Sequence record: SRR20825006_182
Length of the DNA stretch: 36,240 bases
Strand: one strand, 5' to 3'
Under the pieces are notes generated by a model. It was given only the letters and a program-made list of their open reading frames with translations. It was not told where the DNA came from and searched no databases. Positions within the stretch are counted from its first letter, which is position 1, and each line of letters opens with the position of its first letter. Positions 19,070 through 29,100 of the stretch are shown here, piece after piece. A program made the position numbers and the translations under genes.

Positions 19070-19360
19070 TCAAGCGTTGATGTGATCTTTCATCACTTGG
19101 CTTGGGCGGAAGACAAGAACCCTGCGCGGGTCGATTGGCACTTCTTCACCAGTTTTTGGGTTACGGCCCATACGGCCATTTTTCTGGCGCACCAGAAAGC
19201 TGCCAAAAGAGGAAATCTTGACGTTTTCCCCCGCAACCAGGCAATCAGAAACCTCACCGAGAACGGCTTCAACGAGGTCGGCAGACTCGTTTCGCGAGAG
19301 GCCTACCTCTTCATAAACCGCTTCTGTCAGGTCTGCACGGGTAAGTGTTTTTTCACTCAT
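19070..19360 (-). CDS. ihfA: Integration host factor alpha subunit
   Basis: [16 protein letters not shown] and [12 protein letters not shown] motifs. Confidence 0.96.
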   Translation of the reverse strand: MSEKTLTRADLTEAVYEEVGLSRNESADLVEAVLGEVSDCLVAGENVKISSFGSFLVRQKNGRMGRNPKTGEEVPIDPRRVLVFRPSQVMKDHINA

Positions 19361-19414
19361 ATCTGCCTCCGCTGCGTGTACGCCCCTGAGGTCGGAATGG
19401 GGCTCTAGCTAAAA

Positions 19415-19443
19415 AGGCTAGTCGAAGCGAAGCGGGCTGTCAA
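19415..19443 (-). promoter_or_regulatory. Putative sigma70 promoter of ihfA
   Basis: TTGACA-N17-TAGCCT on the minus strand. Confidence 0.55.
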
Positions 19444-19531
19444 TCTAACAGCAAGCGTTTAGCCTTTATTTTGAATGGTTTACAGACCTTCGTTGACACA
19501 AAACGAGACATTTTCACCACAAATGTAGCAT

Positions 19532-20584
19532 TTATGCCGCGCCGACGGTCTCTGCATCCGTTGAATCTGCAGGGATTTGCTCAAGGTCTTCGCTGATGAG
19601 GCGAATCAGATCATTCTGCGCCATATCGATTGCGGAGGTCACCGCAGAAGCAAAACCGTGCGCATTCGCACCACCATGGCTTTTCATCACCAGCCCATTG
19701 AGCCCAAGGAAAACACCGCCATTATGGTTGTTGGGATCAAGATGGTCCCGAAGCGAACGCAAACCGTGCCGGGACAAGAGATACCCAAGCTTGGTGGAAA
19801 TAGAGGACCGGAACGCACGACCAAGTAATTCCGTCATCAGGCGCGCTGTTCCTTCCGCCATCTTGAGCGCCACATTGCCTGTGAAGCCGTCTGTAACCAC
19901 AACATCAACAACGCCTGCCCCGATATCGTTGCCTTCAACAAAACCTGTGAACTGGAGTGGCAAGTGCTCAGAGGCACGAAGCACCTCCGCCGCCGCACGA
20001 ATACTGTCTTTGCCCTTGAGATCCTCAACACCTACGTTCAGGAGCGCGACTGTAGGGTTTGAGAGCCCGAGCACGGTACGGACGTAGGCCGCGCCCATAA
20101 TTGCAAACTGCACAAGGTTGTTGGCGTCGCATTCCACATTTGCGCCGAGATCAAGCATCACACTTTCACCCCGCAATGTTGGTAGCGGTGAGGTTAGTGC
20201 AGGCCGGTCAATACCCGGCATGGTCCGCAGGATAAACTTGGCAAGTGCCATCAGCGCCCCTGTGTTCCCGGCCGATATTGCAACATCAGCTGACCCATCT
20301 TTCACAGCCTGCAACGCAAGCCCCATGGACGAATTTCGGCCACGCCGAAGCGCCTGAGATGGCTTCATGTCGCTGGTGACGACATCATCGGTATGGAACA
20401 CTTCACTGGCTGCGCTCAGTTCTTTATGAGCCTCAAGAAGCGGTTTTATCCGCGCCTCATCACCATAAATGTGAAAACGAGTTCCTGGAAATAGTGTGCG
20501 CGCCTGCGCGATGCCTTCAATGACCATGTCTGGTGCATGGTCGCCCCCCATGGCATCGACTGCGATCGTTACTTCTTTTGCCAC
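19532..20584 (-). CDS. plsX: Phosphate acyltransferase PlsX
   Basis: AVDAMGGDHAP, SAGNTGA, DLGAN, DGFTGNVALK and KSHG motifs. Confidence 0.96.
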   Translation of the reverse strand: MAKEVTIAVDAMGGDHAPDMVIEGIAQARTLFPGTRFHIYGDEARIKPLLEAHKELSAASEVFHTDDVVTSDMKPSQALRRGRNSSMGLALQAVKDGSADVAISAGNTGALMALAKFILRTMPGIDRPALTSPLPTLRGESVMLDLGANVECDANNLVQFAIMGAAYVRTVLGLSNPTVALLNVGVEDLKGKDSIRAAAEVLRASEHLPLQFTGFVEGNDIGAGVVDVVVTDGFTGNVALKMAEGTARLMTELLGRAFRSSISTKLGYLLSRHGLRSLRDHLDPNNHNGGVFLGLNGLVMKSHGGANAHGFASAVTSAIDMAQNDLIRLISEDLEQIPADSTDAETVGAA

Positions 20585-20702
20585 GAATTATTATCCAATC
20601 TCAAACGTTGGCCCGTGTCTTTATTATACGTGAGATGTGACAGGTAACAAACCTGACACAATTACCCTACTTGGGCAGACCATAGCGAATTTAACAGCTA
20701 CT

Positions 20703-21251
20703 TCAAGATTCGTCGCGTAGCTTCTCAAGAACAGCAAACGGGTTCGGTCGCTTTTCTTCGGGCTCGTTTACGGAGATTCCCTCTTTATTATCAAGGCTTA
20801 GCTCTATACCTTTAGCTCTTGGATACGGGTCCATATTGATTGAAAGTGTTTGTGCGATGATCTCGCCGAGAGGGATTTCCTTGCCCTCAAGAGCATCATA
20901 TTCCGGTGCGTTTGGATCAAGATAAACTTCTTCTTCGTCCATACGGTCAGCCATCTCTGGGTCAACCAGCATCAGGGTAAACTCTGTCTCAAGCTCTTCC
21001 GCCACAGGCTCAAGCGTCACCACACAGCGCTGGGTCAACGCAGCTCTAAGCGTGCCAGATATAAAAATACCTTGGGCTTCGCCGCGGTCCTTGACCTCAA
21101 AATCCGCCCGAAAGCCCGCGATATCGACGAGATCAAACCGTTCCGTTAATGTAGCGCGCTCTGCCTCACTTGCTTCAAAGCTATAGGCTCGGCCTGTGCG
21201 TTCTACCTCGTCCACAGTCAGGACAAAACCGAGGGAAATTTTACTGCTCAT
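20703..21251 (-). CDS. YceD/DUF177 family protein
   Basis: QRCVVTLEPV, DPYPR and C-terminal NPFAVLEKL. Lies upstream of plsX. Confidence 0.88.
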   Translation of the reverse strand: MSSKISLGFVLTVDEVERTGRAYSFEASEAERATLTERFDLVDIAGFRADFEVKDRGEAQGIFISGTLRAALTQRCVVTLEPVAEELETEFTLMLVDPEMADRMDEEEVYLDPNAPEYDALEGKEIPLGEIIAQTLSINMDPYPRAKGIELSLDNKEGISVNEPEEKRPNPFAVLEKLRDES

Positions 21252-21275
21252 GTTCTTATCCTTCCGAACTGTCTA

Positions 21276-21830
21276 TCAAGTCCCTGAAACACCCAAGCTA
21301 GCCTCGGGAGCGGGGAATTCAAATACTACTTCTTGCATCTCACTGAGCCCACAGGCCTGCAAACCCTCATGGGCAGCCAGCATATAGGCTGCCATATGAG
21401 GCGCCTTTGAGGCCTCTTCCCGCTTATACAGGTTGCGCCGAATGGCCTCTGTTAGCGCGCCCTGCACATCTTCTTCCTCAAGTGCGGCACCATATGCCTT
21501 TAGGCGCCCAAACCAGGCAACACCCATTTTTTTGACCTCACGGCCAATACCCATGTCACCCACGCCCATCTCACGAAGCGAGCGGTCCATGTCTGCAATC
21601 ATCGCTTCTTGTAACTGCTGCCGCAGTTTTGCTGTCTCGCTGCCGTCTTTTCCAAGGCGGTTCTGAATCAGGAACATATGCATGAGGATCATGTCGAAAC
21701 GACCATCGAGCGTATCCTCGACTTCAAAGTCCGTATAAAAGGCCGGATGACGTGCCTGTTCAACAAGCTTGCTATACAGTTTATACGCAATCTTTTTACT
21801 CGCCATACCTGCGAACAAACGCCCAAACAT
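21276..21830 (-). CDS. Ubiquinol-cytochrome c chaperone (Cbp3-like)
   Basis: DTLDGRFDM, DMDRSLREMGVGD, FGRLKAY and RRNLY. ATG 21830 follows GGAGGACAGGA. Confidence 0.88.
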   Translation of the reverse strand: MFGRLFAGMASKKIAYKLYSKLVEQARHPAFYTDFEVEDTLDGRFDMILMHMFLIQNRLGKDGSETAKLRQQLQEAMIADMDRSLREMGVGDMGIGREVKKMGVAWFGRLKAYGAALEEEDVQGALTEAIRRNLYKREEASKAPHMAAYMLAAHEGLQACGLSEMQEVVFEFPAPEASLGVSGT

Positions 21831-22007
21831 GTCCTGTCCTCCAAATCGCCGTAATCTGCTTTTAAGGCAAAAACAGCCCACTATTGGTGTGCGCCGAGCT
21901 GATAAATCGCCGTGGCTCTAACACGGAGCCTTGCGCCATGCAATGGTGGCGGTTATTAAGGCAGTGGCAAGTTTTGATCCGCAAGCGACGGAAAGTAGGT
22001 TTACACG

Positions 22008-22499
22008 ATGACGACACGATTTAAAGCCCGCACTTCTACCCCTGTTTTACTGTGCGTTGCAGCGGGCTTGGCCCTTTCTGCCTGTGGTAATGGCCGCATG
22101 GTCCGCGGCTATGTTTTTGACAAACAGCTCGCTGACGCCATCCAGCCAGGCGTTGATAACCGGCAGTCGGTAGAATCAACGCTAGGCACCCCAACCGTTC
22201 GCGCGGCCTTTGATGAGAACAGATGGTATTATGTGTCAACCACGGTTCGCGTACGCCCTGTCTTCTGGCCCGACCCGAAAGAACACCGCGTGATGGCTGT
22301 TGCTTTTAATGACAAAGGTGTCGTTACCGACGTTGAAAACTTTGATCTCAGCCATATGCGTAGTGTTGACCCTGTAGGCGATAAAACGCCGACGCGCGGC
22401 CGTGACCTCAATTTCTTCCAGCAGATTTTCGGTAACGTTGGGCGATTCTCTGGCTCCGCCCCTGTTGGTTCCGGCCCAACCCGCGGCCCGAACGGCTAA
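22008..22499 (+). CDS. bamE: Outer-membrane protein assembly lipoprotein BamE
   Basis: Lipobox LSAC, LGTPT, WYYVS and V.F..KGVV motifs; divergent from cbp3. Confidence 0.9.
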   Translation: MTTRFKARTSTPVLLCVAAGLALSACGNGRMVRGYVFDKQLADAIQPGVDNRQSVESTLGTPTVRAAFDENRWYYVSTTVRVRPVFWPDPKEHRVMAVAFNDKGVVTDVENFDLSHMRSVDPVGDKTPTRGRDLNFFQQIFGNVGRFSGSAPVGSGPTRGPNG

Positions 22500-22521
22500 T
22501 CGCCTCGCATAAATCAGCAAT

Positions 22522-22557
22522 AGAAAAAGCCCCGGCAAAACCGGGGCTTTCTTGTTT
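22522..22557. terminator. Bidirectional intrinsic terminator between bamE and hppA
   Basis: AAAGCCCCGG-CAAAA-CCGGGGCTTT, with A- and T-rich flanks. Confidence 0.88.
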
Positions 22558-22574
22558 GGGCATATGCCCTGACT

Positions 22575-24662
22575 TTAGTGCGCCAGCATCGCCAGCAGCA
22601 GCAGTGCCACGATGTTCGTGATCTTGATCATCGGGTTCACAGCCGGGCCCGCAGTATCCTTGTATGGGTCACCAACGGTATCACCGGTCACTGCAGCTTT
22701 ATGAGCCTCAGAACCTTTACCACCGTGGTTGCCATCCTCGATATATTTCTTCGCGTTATCCCACGCACCGCCACCTGCGGTCATGGAAAGCGCCACAAAG
22801 AGGCCGCCAACGATCACACCAAGAAGGAGCGCGCCGAGGGCTGCAAACGCAGCTCCCTGCCCTGCAATAGCGTTGATCACATAGTAGATGATGATCGGTG
22901 CCGCCACAGGCAGAAGGCTCGGAACTACCATTTCCTTGATTGCCGCTTTGGTCAAAAGGTCTACTGACCGTGCATAATCAGGCTTGGAGGTGCCCGCCAT
23001 GATACCTGGATTTTCACGGAATTGAGCCCGAACCTCTTCAACAACCGCACCACCTGCACGACCAACAGCCATCATACCCATGGCGCCGAACAGATACGGC
23101 AACAAAGCACCGATAAACAGCCCGACGACCACATAGGGGTTGGATAGGCCGAAATCGACCTCCACATGGCTGAAGTAGGTATTAAGGTCAGCTGTATAAG
23201 CGCCGAAGAGCACAAGTGCAGCGAGACCAGCAGAACCGATAGCATAGCCTTTGGTTACCGCTTTTGTGGTGTTACCAACAGCGTCCAGCGCATCTGTACG
23301 GCCACGGACTTCATCGTCAAGACCGGCCATTTCCGCAATACCGCCCGCGTTGTCGGTAACCGGGCCGTAAGCGTCAAGAGCCACAACCATACCCGCAAGT
23401 GCAAGCATTGCTGTTGCCGCGAAACCAAGGCCAAGGATACCTGCAAAGTTATAGGCAACGATGATGCCCGCGCAGATAACAATGGCAGGCAGCGCCGTTG
23501 CTTCCATGGATACAGCAAGCCCCTGGATAACGTTTGTACCGTGGCCCGTCTCAGATGCTTTCGCAATAGACCGTACCGGGCGATACTCTGTGCTGGTATA
23601 ATACTCCGTAATCCAGATGATCAGACCCGTTACCACGAGGCCCACGAGACCGCAGTAATAAAGAGCTTTACCGGTGAACACCGTAGCGCCTGCCATAAAC
23701 TCTTTGTCCATGGCACCGCCAAGTGCCCAATCCATAGCAAACCACATGACAATCGCTGAGGTAACAGCGGTCACAACAAAGCCCTTATAAAGCGCACCCA
23801 TGATGGACTGGCTTTTACCAAGCTTCACAAAGAAGGTGCCAAGAATAGAGGTCAGGATACAAGCGCCACCAATGATAAGCGGCAACTGCATGATCTCTGC
23901 GGCCCCAGACGCAATGAACAGTGCCGACAGCACCATTGTTGCACCAATGGTCACCACATAGGTCTCAAAGAGATCAGCCGCCATGCCTGCACAGTCACCA
24001 ACGTTGTCACCAACGTTATCAGCAATAACTGCGGGGTTACGCGGATCATCCTCTGGGATACCGGCTTCTACCTTGCCAACAAGGTCTGCACCTACGTCAG
24101 CGCCTTTGGTAAAGATACCGCCGCCGAGACGAGCAAAGATGGAAATCAGCGACGCACCAAACCCGAGCGACACCAAACCATCAATCACCGGACGTGCTGT
24201 CGGCTCAATACCCATTGGGCCAATCAAAATATAATAATAGCCCGCAACCGCGAGAAGCGCGAGGCCCGCAACGAGCATCCCGGTGACTGCACCAGAACGG
24301 AACGCCAAGGTCAGGCCTTGCTGCAAGCCAACACTGGCCGCTTGCGTCGTGCGTACGTTGGCTTTCACAGAGATCAGCATGCCAATATAGCCTGCTACAC
24401 CGGAAAGCACCGCACCGATAACAAAACCAAGCGTGGCAAGCATGCCTAGCGCGAGGAACAAGCCAATCGCAACCACAACACCAACAACGGCGATAGTTTT
24501 ATATTGCCTGTTCAGATAGGCCTGCGCGCCTTCCTGAATGGCTTTGGCGATTTCCTGCATTTTTTCGCTGCCCGCGTCGGCAGCTAGAATAGACTGACGC
24601 GTCACAATACCGTAAAGGACGGCCGCAACACCGCATCCAAGCGCGGCGTACAATACTACCAT
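22575..24662 (-). CDS. hppA: Membrane-bound pyrophosphatase, predicted K+-independent H+-pump
   Basis: [26 protein letters not shown] and [10 protein letters not shown] motifs; many TM helices. Confidence 0.95.
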   Translation of the reverse strand: MVVLYAALGCGVAAVLYGIVTRQSILAADAGSEKMQEIAKAIQEGAQAYLNRQYKTIAVVGVVVAIGLFLALGMLATLGFVIGAVLSGVAGYIGMLISVKANVRTTQAASVGLQQGLTLAFRSGAVTGMLVAGLALLAVAGYYYILIGPMGIEPTARPVIDGLVSLGFGASLISIFARLGGGIFTKGADVGADLVGKVEAGIPEDDPRNPAVIADNVGDNVGDCAGMAADLFETYVVTIGATMVLSALFIASGAAEIMQLPLIIGGACILTSILGTFFVKLGKSQSIMGALYKGFVVTAVTSAIVMWFAMDWALGGAMDKEFMAGATVFTGKALYYCGLVGLVVTGLIIWITEYYTSTEYRPVRSIAKASETGHGTNVIQGLAVSMEATALPAIVICAGIIVAYNFAGILGLGFAATAMLALAGMVVALDAYGPVTDNAGGIAEMAGLDDEVRGRTDALDAVGNTTKAVTKGYAIGSAGLAALVLFGAYTADLNTYFSHVEVDFGLSNPYVVVGLFIGALLPYLFGAMGMMAVGRAGGAVVEEVRAQFRENPGIMAGTSKPDYARSVDLLTKAAIKEMVVPSLLPVAAPIIIYYVINAIAGQGAAFAALGALLLGVIVGGLFVALSMTAGGGAWDNAKKYIEDGNHGGKGSEAHKAAVTGDTVGDPYKDTAGPAVNPMIKITNIVALLLLAMLAH

Positions 24663-24904
24663 GGGATATTCCCTCCCTAAAACGAACCCAATAGCTCAGG
24701 CTTCTACAGGCGGCGATACTCCCCTACAAAAACCGCCCAGCCCTCTTCATTCTAGGCAAACCCCTTACTCCTGACTAACTCGTGACTAGACAGGGTGGCC
24801 ATCACCAACCTTAGGAAGCAAAACCAAAGCTTGCAACCGCCAAAAGCAATGCTCATGGCGGTGGCGGTATGTTCACAATCATTTTCTGGCGGAAAGTGGC
24901 GCTT

Positions 24905-25411
24905 CTAACGGTTCAGGCGCATAGCATTTTTTACAAGCACTGCCTCAACAACACCCGGCCCCAAGACCTCATTAGCTTTGGCTTGCAAGACTTTACCAAC
25001 CTTGTCGACGTCAAGTTCAAGAGGCGAATCTTCGCGCATCAGGTCAGCGCGAGAGATGGCAGATACAAAAGCGTGCTGAAGCTGAGTTTCTGCGCGGCGC
25101 ACCGCAATCTGGCGGTCCTCACCACGTACTTGCACCACAAGATCAATGAAATAGTTACCAAGGAAGCGTGCTCCCGAATCGGATTTAGAGTATAGCGGCA
25201 CCGCGACACGCTCAAAATCAACAGATAGGACTGGTCCCTTCGGCGCCTTCTTCACTTCTTCCTTCTGGGTGTCTGTGTTCCCAGCAGTATTTTTGGAGTA
25301 ATAGTACCCAAGGCCCCCGCCTAGGGCCAAACCGCCTAATAGTCCCAGTATAAGAAGCACCTTGCCCGAACCACCACCTTGCGGCTCCATTGCGCTTGGA
25401 TCTTGTGCCAT
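24905..25411 (-). CDS. FliL-like single-pass membrane protein
   Basis: N-terminal Gly-rich TM helix, charged linker and C-terminal ANEVLGPGVVEAVLV resembling FliL ends. Family call by eye only. Confidence 0.55.
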   Translation of the reverse strand: MAQDPSAMEPQGGGSGKVLLILGLLGGLALGGGLGYYYSKNTAGNTDTQKEEVKKAPKGPVLSVDFERVAVPLYSKSDSGARFLGNYFIDLVVQVRGEDRQIAVRRAETQLQHAFVSAISRADLMREDSPLELDVDKVGKVLQAKANEVLGPGVVEAVLVKNAMRLNR

Positions 25412-25428
25412 ATCTGCGCCTTTATCCC

Positions 25429-26388
25429 TTATGTTTCAAAATGTTGAAAGCCTGAACGCCCAGTGTGCACCAGCTTACCGTTTTGATCAACAAGACGAAC
25501 ACCTGCCTTTTCTGTTACACAGCCAATGGCGGCCAACGGTACGCCTAAGCTCGCGCATAGGGATTCAATATCGTCTTGCTTTGACTGATCGGCCGTGAAC
25601 ACTAGTTCATAGTCATCACCGCCCGAGTAGATGCAACTTTCAAGCTCAGGTGCCAAAGCAAGCAATTCCCGAACCGTCGGTGAACGCGGTATTTCAGCTA
25701 GATTGACGTCTGCACCAACACCTGAAGCCGCTGTGATATGCCCGAGATCGGCAAGAAGCCCGTCTGAAATGTCCGCACAGGCGTTAGCAAATGATGCGAG
25801 TTCTATACCGAGCGCCGTGCGTGCTTCAGGGTACCGATAGCGCGCGATTAAGCACTCATCCGGTTCTATCTCTTCTTCAAGGCATTTCAGGCCCAACGCA
25901 GCGTCGCCCAACGCGCCAGTTACAAAGACAAGGTCGCCAACTTGTGCGCTGGACCTGCGAAGCATGCGCCCCTCAGGCACCGTACCCATCGCGGTAATTG
26001 ACACAGTGACACCGCTCAGGCTGCGTGTCGTGTCACCACCCGCAAGCCGTATGCCGCTTTGGTCCTGTAGCTTTGCCAAAGCATCCGAAAATTCCGCTAA
26101 CCATTCATCGCTGACATCGCTTGGAAGGCTGAGACCGAGGAAATAATGCTTTGGCATTGCGCCTTTTGCCGCAAGGTCAGAAAGACTTGCCACAAGAGAC
26201 TTGTGGGCGATACTGCTTGCCGGGTCATCACCGAAAAAGTGCACGCCTTCAACGAGCATGTCTTTGGTGACAATGAGATCAAAACCGGGCTCAACCCTCA
26301 GGCAAGCTGCATCGTCCCCCAGCCCCAGCCCTTCCGGGCCAGCTAGCGGGGAAAAATACCGATGAATGAGATCAAATTCGTTCGCCAT
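25429..26388 (-). CDS. thiL: Thiamine-monophosphate kinase
   Basis: NEFDLI, GDDAA, EGVHF, SDLAAKGA, GGDT, DISDGL and GGDDYEL motifs. Confidence 0.95.
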   Translation of the reverse strand: MANEFDLIHRYFSPLAGPEGLGLGDDAACLRVEPGFDLIVTKDMLVEGVHFFGDDPASSIAHKSLVASLSDLAAKGAMPKHYFLGLSLPSDVSDEWLAEFSDALAKLQDQSGIRLAGGDTTRSLSGVTVSITAMGTVPEGRMLRRSSAQVGDLVFVTGALGDAALGLKCLEEEIEPDECLIARYRYPEARTALGIELASFANACADISDGLLADLGHITAASGVGADVNLAEIPRSPTVRELLALAPELESCIYSGGDDYELVFTADQSKQDDIESLCASLGVPLAAIGCVTEKAGVRLVDQNGKLVHTGRSGFQHFET

Positions 26389-26445
26389 GCCACCTCTGGT
26401 GGCTGGTCACCATAGGTTCTCCAGCCAGATCACACGCGAATAGCT

Positions 26446-26910
26446 TTAACGAACAGCCTTCGCGATCTTGTCGAGAACGCCGTTTACAAATGATGCTTCC
26501 GTACGTTCATAAAACGCGTGCGCCACATCAACATATTCATTGATGATCACCGCGGTCGGCACGTCAGGGCGCGCGATAAGCTCATAGGTGCCCGCACGCA
26601 GGATCGCCCGGACGATTGCCTCAATGCGCTCAAGCGACCAATCTTTCGACAGGCATGGCTTGATGGCATCATTCAACTCATCAAGGCGTTGCCAAGCACC
26701 TTCCACAATGTCCGCAAAAAGGTCAGCGTCTGCATCCACATACTGCTCACCTTCGATCTCAGCACCAAGGCGGTGACGAATATACTCCTCGATCACCATC
26801 TTAATCTTGGGCTCGTCAGACATTTCAAGCTGATAGAGCGCCTGAACAGCGCCAAGGCGCGCTGCGCTTCTTGGGCCGCCAGTTATATTCTTTTTACGGC
26901 GTTCAGCCAT
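26446..26910 (-). CDS. nusB: Transcription antitermination factor NusB
   Basis: RSAARLGAVQALYQ, INEYVDVA and FVNGVLD motifs. Confidence 0.95.
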   Translation of the reverse strand: MAERRKKNITGGPRSAARLGAVQALYQLEMSDEPKIKMVIEEYIRHRLGAEIEGEQYVDADADLFADIVEGAWQRLDELNDAIKPCLSKDWSLERIEAIVRAILRAGTYELIARPDVPTAVIINEYVDVAHAFYERTEASFVNGVLDKIAKAVR

Positions 26911-27350
26911 TATAAAACTCCAAACTCTTTTTTAAAGCCAACCATGGCCAGCGCGGCTTCTGCAGCTCCTGCGCCCTTGTTTTTGTCGCTGCGGTTCGCG
27001 CGTGCCCAAGCTTGCTTATCGTCTTCCACGGTCAATATACCGTTACCAATAGCGAGGTTGTGTTTGAGAGCAAGGTCCTGAAGGCCACGCGCGCTTTCGC
27101 CGCACACATAGTCATAGTGCGTGGTCTCGCCCCGAATGACGCAGCCAAGTGCCACATACCCATCAAAGGAGACTTTTTCGCCCGCGTGAGCAAATTTGAT
27201 CGCCGCCGGTATCTCAAGCGCACCGGGTACAGCAACCCGTTCCCAGGTGGCGCCCGCAGCTTCAATCGCCTCGATCGCGCCAGCAGCCATTTCATTGGCC
27301 AAGTCTTCATAGAACCGCGCTTCAACAATCAATATGTGGGGCGATGCCAT
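26910..27350 (-). CDS. ribH: 6,7-dimethyl-8-ribityllumazine synthase
   Basis: VPGALEIP, LGCVIRGETTHY, NGILT and NKG motifs. Confidence 0.95.
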   Translation of the reverse strand: MASPHILIVEARFYEDLANEMAAGAIEAIEAAGATWERVAVPGALEIPAAIKFAHAGEKVSFDGYVALGCVIRGETTHYDYVCGESARGLQDLALKHNLAIGNGILTVEDDKQAWARANRSDKNKGAGAAEAALAMVGFKKEFGVL

Positions 27351-27381
27351 ACTCAATTCCTTAAATCATAAGAAGCTATAC

Positions 27382-28488
27382 TCAAGCTTCGGGGATTGGC
27401 CGTTGTTCTACGACATCAAGGCCGTATCCTTCAAGCCCAACAATGTGGCTTGGTGTATTCGAATAAAGCATCATGTGGCGCACACCAATGTCGCGCAATA
27501 TCTGTGCACCAATACCGTATTCCTTGAGCGCGCCCTCTTTTTTCGCGGCGGGTGCTTTTTCGCCCTCAAGGAGCTGTGACGGCCGCATAGCTGTAAGGCC
27601 AGGAAATAACACAACAACACCCGCACCTTCAGCTTCAATAGCATTCAACGCACGCTGCAGTTGGCCCGTGCGCGGATGGTCCATACCAAGGATGTCCTCG
27701 AACGGATTCAGGGAGTGCATACGCACTGGCGTTGGCTTCTCGGCGTCGATATCACCAAGCACGAGAGCTACCGTTTCCCGCCGGTCTGCCGTCGCACGAT
27801 ACACGATTACCTTCCATTCCTTACCAGAACTGCGTGGGAAGCTTGATTCTGAAACCCGCTCGACCAACACATCGTTCTTCAGTCGGTAAGCAATAAGGTC
27901 ACGGATAGTCGCAACCTTCAGGCCGTGTTCTTTTGCAAAGTCCACCAGATCAGGCAGGCGGGCCATAGTGCCATCTTCATTCATGATCTCACAGATCACA
28001 GCAGACGGGTTAAGCCCCGCCAGACGTGAAATATCAACCGATGCTTCTGTATGTCCTGCGCGTACGAGCACGCCCCCGTCCTGCGCTACCAGCGGGAATA
28101 CATGTCCCGGGCTTGCGAGGTCGTCTTTGCCTTTTGAGGCATCGATTGCGACCGCAATGGTCCGCGCGCGGTCTGCAGCAGAAATCCCTGTAGTCACGCC
28201 TACTTTTGCTTCAATGGAAACCGTGAATGCTGTCTGGTGGCGCGCGTTGTTGTTGCTGCTCATCAGTGGCAGCTCAAGCGCTTCAACACGCTTGCGGCTC
28301 AACGGCAAGCAAATCAGCCCCCGTCCATGCCGCGCCATGAAGTTGACCGCCTCTGGTGTCGCCATCTGTGCCGGAATAATCAGGTCACCCTCATTTTCAC
28401 GGTCTTCGTCATCCACAAGGATATACATGCGCCCGTTGCGCGCATCTTCGATCACTTCTTCGATGGGGGAGAGAAAATCTTGTGGCAC
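27382..28488 (-). CDS. ribB: DHBP synthase RibB fused to a degenerate GTP cyclohydrolase II-like domain (RibBX-type)
   Basis: DDEDRENEGD, TTGISAADR, PGHVFPL and GHTEA motifs. The C-terminal domain has RMHS but none of the RibA Zn-binding cysteines. Confidence 0.92.
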   Translation of the reverse strand: MPQDFLSPIEEVIEDARNGRMYILVDDEDRENEGDLIIPAQMATPEAVNFMARHGRGLICLPLSRKRVEALELPLMSSNNNARHQTAFTVSIEAKVGVTTGISAADRARTIAVAIDASKGKDDLASPGHVFPLVAQDGGVLVRAGHTEASVDISRLAGLNPSAVICEIMNEDGTMARLPDLVDFAKEHGLKVATIRDLIAYRLKNDVLVERVSESSFPRSSGKEWKVIVYRATADRRETVALVLGDIDAEKPTPVRMHSLNPFEDILGMDHPRTGQLQRALNAIEAEGAGVVVLFPGLTAMRPSQLLEGEKAPAAKKEGALKEYGIGAQILRDIGVRHMMLYSNTPSHIVGLEGYGLDVVEQRPIPEA

Positions 28489-28491
28489 GGT

Positions 28492-29091
28492 TTAACCTTT
28501 ATCCTGAAGGCGCGATACATACCGCGCCAAAATATCAAACTCTACGTTCACCCGGTCACTGCTCTTACTGTTCCTGAAGCTTGTCACCGCTTGAGTATGT
28601 GGGATCAAGTTGATGGAGAAGCAGGTAGCTTCACCACCGTCTTCAACTGCATTGACTGTGAGCGAAGCGCCATCAATGGCAACACTGCCCTTTTGCGCGA
28701 CAAAATTCCCAAGTGAGCGTGGCACAGCAATATCCATCACGATAGAGCCGCCAACCTCATCAAAACGAACGATCTCACCGACGCAATCAACATGCCCGGT
28801 GACAATATGGCCACCAAGTTCATCGCCTACCTTGAGGGAGCGCTCCAGATTGATCTCACTGCCAACCTGCCAGTCACCAAGGTTCGTAACCTTAAGCGTT
28901 TCCGCCGATACATCGGCTTTGAACCAGCCCTTACCCTTGTCAACAACCGTCAAACACACACCGGCGCAAGCGATCGAGGCACCAATCTGAGCTTTCGCCA
29001 TATCATATGTGGTTGCGACAGTGACACTGAGGTCGCCTTCACCTTCAAGTGCCGTAATACGGCCTATATCTGTAACAATTCCGGTAAACAT
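28492..29091 (-). CDS. ribE: Riboflavin synthase (alpha chain)
   Basis: N-terminal MFTGIV, GVCLTV, GGHIVTGHVD and IPHT motifs. Confidence 0.95.
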   Translation of the reverse strand: MFTGIVTDIGRITALEGEGDLSVTVATTYDMAKAQIGASIACAGVCLTVVDKGKGWFKADVSAETLKVTNLGDWQVGSEINLERSLKVGDELGGHIVTGHVDCVGEIVRFDEVGGSIVMDIAVPRSLGNFVAQKGSVAIDGASLTVNAVEDGGEATCFSINLIPHTQAVTSFRNSKSSDRVNVEFDILARYVSRLQDKG

Positions 29092-29100
29092 GGGCCTCAG

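Noticed and set aside
24663-24904. Structured cis-regulatory RNA upstream of hppA
   Set aside because: Only short GC hairpins (for example 24836-24869), with no recognisable family signature. An Rfam scan would be needed to revive this.
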